Positions 61,592 through 64,000 of a stretch of 64,000 nt of DNA are shown here, one piece after another. The first letter of the stretch is position 1; every line of letters begins with the position of its first letter. The notes under the pieces are model-generated. The model was given only the letters and a program-made list of their open reading frames with translations, had not been told where the DNA came from and did no database searches. The stretch is from Abditibacteriaceae bacterium (lineage in GTDB: Bacteria; Armatimonadota; Abditibacteriia; Abditibacteriales; Abditibacteriaceae): contig OZ255721.1 of assembly GCA_965277285.1 (NCBI GenBank), positions 224,001-288,000 of the forward strand, given 5' to 3'. The position numbers and the translations under genes were made by a program.

Positions 61592-62428
61592 ATGTCCCAG
61601 TCGCCAACGCCGTATAATGCGGCCTCGCAGGAAGGTTTGCCTCAAGCCGCCAGAGAACGATTGACCAAGATGCGCGGCGGTGGTGGCCAGCGCGGTTTGT
61701 TTACATCCGACTTGTCGGTCAACGAGTTTTTGCTGGTGCGCGAAGCCGGTTTCGATCCGGTCGGATTGGTGATGGGAAGCTCGATTTATCACATCGGTTT
61801 TCAGTTCTCGAAGACTTTTCAGAACCAGGAAATGGATGTTTTGACGCAGGCGATGTATGCCGCGCGCGAACTCGCTATGACGCGCATGGAAGAAGAAGCC
61901 GACGCTCTGGGCGCCGATGGCATCGTCGGCGTGCGCCTGACCGTGACGCGCTACGATTGGGGCGAACACTTAGCCGAATTTATGGCGATTGGTACCGCGA
62001 TCAAGCATCGTACGGGCGAGCAATATCGCGCGCCGGATGGACGACCTTTCACGTCCGATTTGAACGGTCAGGACTTCTGGACGCTGCTGCGTTCGGGTTA
62101 TCGTCCGGTTTCGCTGGTGATGGGAACTTGCGTTTATCACGTCGCGCATCAAGGTTTTATGCAGTCGATGAATCAAATGGGACGCAACGTCGAAATGCCG
62201 AACTTCACGCAAGCCTTGTATGATGCGCGCGAATTGGCCTTGTCGCGGATGCAGGCCGAAGCTGAAGCCGAACAAGCTGAAGGCATCGTCGGTGCGCAAG
62301 TCAATGAAAGCAGCTATGGTTGGGGCAGCCACGTCATCGAATACTTCGCGGTCGGCACAGCCATCACGTCGATTTCTGCAGACCACACAATCGCCGCGCC
62401 AACGCTGGTTTTGCCACTCAGTGGCTAA
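61592..62428 (+). CDS. Tandem YbjQ-like domain protein, paralog of the upstream gene
   Basis: FTSDLSVNE, ARELAMTRM, GADGIVGV, EFMAIGT. Confidence 0.85.
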   Translation: MSQSPTPYNAASQEGLPQAARERLTKMRGGGGQRGLFTSDLSVNEFLLVREAGFDPVGLVMGSSIYHIGFQFSKTFQNQEMDVLTQAMYAARELAMTRMEEEADALGADGIVGVRLTVTRYDWGEHLAEFMAIGTAIKHRTGEQYRAPDGRPFTSDLNGQDFWTLLRSGYRPVSLVMGTCVYHVAHQGFMQSMNQMGRNVEMPNFTQALYDARELALSRMQAEAEAEQAEGIVGAQVNESSYGWGSHVIEYFAVGTAITSISADHTIAAPTLVLPLSG

Positions 62429-62445
62429 TTCGAGTACTCGAATTG

Positions 62446-62492
62446 AGGCCGTGCTCATCCTAATTCAAGATGAGCACGGCCTTTTCGTTTTT
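62446..62492 (+). terminator. Terminator between convergent genes
   Basis: AGGCCGTGCTCATC-9nt-GATGAGCACGGCCTTTTCGTTTT. Confidence 0.75.
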
Positions 62493-63999
62493 ATTTCACC
62501 AGTCGGGCGCGGCCCCAAGCGCCACGGTCGCCGGAATCGCGGTCGCCACCGTTCCACATGAATTGGCGCCGTCCCGCTGTAGTGTCGTTGAAGCCGATGT
62601 CAAACAAAATTTCCTGGTTTTCGCGCGGCGTGAAGCCCAATCCGGCAAAGGGAATGGCGGCTTCCATCGTGTAACCATCGCCCGAAACGTTGCGCACGGT
62701 CACCATCTTTACATCGAACTGCTTTGGCGCGTTGTTGAAAAACCAATGGTAACCATCGGCGCCTTTTTGTGCGGAAAGCAGCACTTGACGGTCGCCGAAT
62801 TGAAGTGCGCCACCCTGCGTGAGATTGCTCGGGCTGCAAAATAATTCAACGGAATCGCCCTGCCAGATGCCGCCGCCCGTGTTCGGGTTTTGCATCGGCG
62901 TCGGGTCTTTCACCTGGATGAAAAGATATAAATTAGCGTCGTCCCAGGCCAGGCGGAAATCGGCGCTCAAAGGTTTGCTGCCTTCGGGATTGACGCCCAG
63001 AACCAGGCGCGTGATACGTTCGGCGGGAATGCCGGGCCAATTGTCTTGGATGCCGTTGATGGTCATGCCGCCCAATGCGTGCGGCACCAAAACCACGCGG
63101 TTGCCGCCCGCATCGCCCGTGAAACGCGGATCGTCAAAGTGAAAGGGCGTTTTTTTGCCCAGCAGCACATCGTAAACGCCGAAGTTGGCGCGCGTCGCTT
63201 CAGCCAGAAAATCCTTATAAGGCCGGTCAGCGACGTTCACCAGACCGATGTTGCCTTTTTCACCGTTTTCGCCTTGAAACCAGCGACCTGTCAGCGGCTG
63301 ATCGAGATAGGAAAACCATTCTTGGCCGATCACGAAACCTAACGAGGCCGCCTGTTCGACGTAATTGCGATACGCCAGACCGCGTTCGCGCTGATCTTTG
63401 ACCTGGCGCGCGCCGCCCGATAAGCCTTGATCGGTCGCGCCATAATGCCACTCGGAAAGCAAAATCGGGCGACCGCCGCTCAGGTTGTAGATGCGCTTGA
63501 GGAAGTCGGTTTCCAGCCCATAGGTGTAATAATTGGCGGAAATCACATCGAGGTATTTGCCCGCAATGCGCACCACTTGATCGTCGTTTGCCGTACTCGA
63601 TAGCCAGCGATTGCCCAGCAGCAAATGGTTCGGGCAGTATTTGCGATACGATTGCGCGATCATTTTGTAATAGGCCTCAAGCAGAACGCCCTCGAACGTG
63701 TTCACATCGTCCGCGGCAGCTTTGGTGACAACGAACAAGCGCGCGCTATTGAGTTCGTCGAACGAGCGCGCCGGAGTTTGCGGCTGCCAGGCGGCGTTCC
63801 ACTTGGCTATGTCGCTGTATTTGGCGCGTAGCATCGAGACCAATTTGCGCTTGGCGCCAGATTTTTCATCCAGGCCGGGCACGACTTTGGGAATGTTCTC
63901 GAAGCCTTGTTCGTTGCCCAGAAAATGGCCGATGACGAGTGGATCGGCGTTGTCAGAAGCCAGTCGCGCGAAGTCGGCGTCCAGTTTTTGTGCGGCGCC
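62491..63999 (-). CDS. Agarase-like TIM-barrel glycoside hydrolase with C-terminal CBM9-like domain, 5' end outside the window
   Basis: Frame open to the window edge (GHFLGNEQ), PNHLLLGNR, DVISANYY, ILLSEW, WDDANLY..GDSVE. Confidence 0.75.
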   Translation of the reverse strand, partial: GAAQKLDADFARLASDNADPLVIGHFLGNEQGFENIPKVVPGLDEKSGAKRKLVSMLRAKYSDIAKWNAAWQPQTPARSFDELNSARLFVVTKAAADDVNTFEGVLLEAYYKMIAQSYRKYCPNHLLLGNRWLSSTANDDQVVRIAGKYLDVISANYYTYGLETDFLKRIYNLSGGRPILLSEWHYGATDQGLSGGARQVKDQRERGLAYRNYVEQAASLGFVIGQEWFSYLDQPLTGRWFQGENGEKGNIGLVNVADRPYKDFLAEATRANFGVYDVLLGKKTPFHFDDPRFTGDAGGNRVVLVPHALGGMTINGIQDNWPGIPAERITRLVLGVNPEGSKPLSADFRLAWDDANLYLFIQVKDPTPMQNPNTGGGIWQGDSVELFCSPSNLTQGGALQFGDRQVLLSAQKGADGYHWFFNNAPKQFDVKMVTVRNVSGDGYTMEAAIPFAGLGFTPRENQEILFDIGFNDTTAGRRQFMWNGGDRDSGDRGAWGRARLVK

Positions 64000-64000
64000 G

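Overview
Bacterial chromosomal window of moderate-to-high GC, probably from a diderm (it encodes TamB and Omp85/BamA). Gene style suggests Abditibacteriota/Armatimonadota, but that is only an inference. About 40 mostly housekeeping or accessory genes: folD, GH51 arabinofuranosidase, galE, katE, a PAS-rich two-component cluster, tRNA-Asn, thiD, MarR-EmrB, giant tamB-bamA-antisigma-rseB-M48, aroE, nnr, rtcB, a CARF-like protein and a YbjQ pair, plus one IS5-family element. The dominant unexplained signal is a highly iterated 12-bp palindrome, TCGAGTACTCGA. By eye I count about 43 exact CGAGTACTCG cores (about 37 full 12-mers) and about 20 near-matches. It lies in most intergenic spacers and, in all three frames, inside intact genes, like cyanobacterial HIP1. 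Second, rtcB appears to be preceded by a complete leader-peptide attenuator (promoter, SD, 33-aa uORF, antiterminator, terminator). The window also holds several REP/REPIN and MITE families, heptamer tandem repeats, 15-17 bp duplications at gene borders and a possible degenerate attC cassette. All counts and coordinates were read manually; small offsets are possible.
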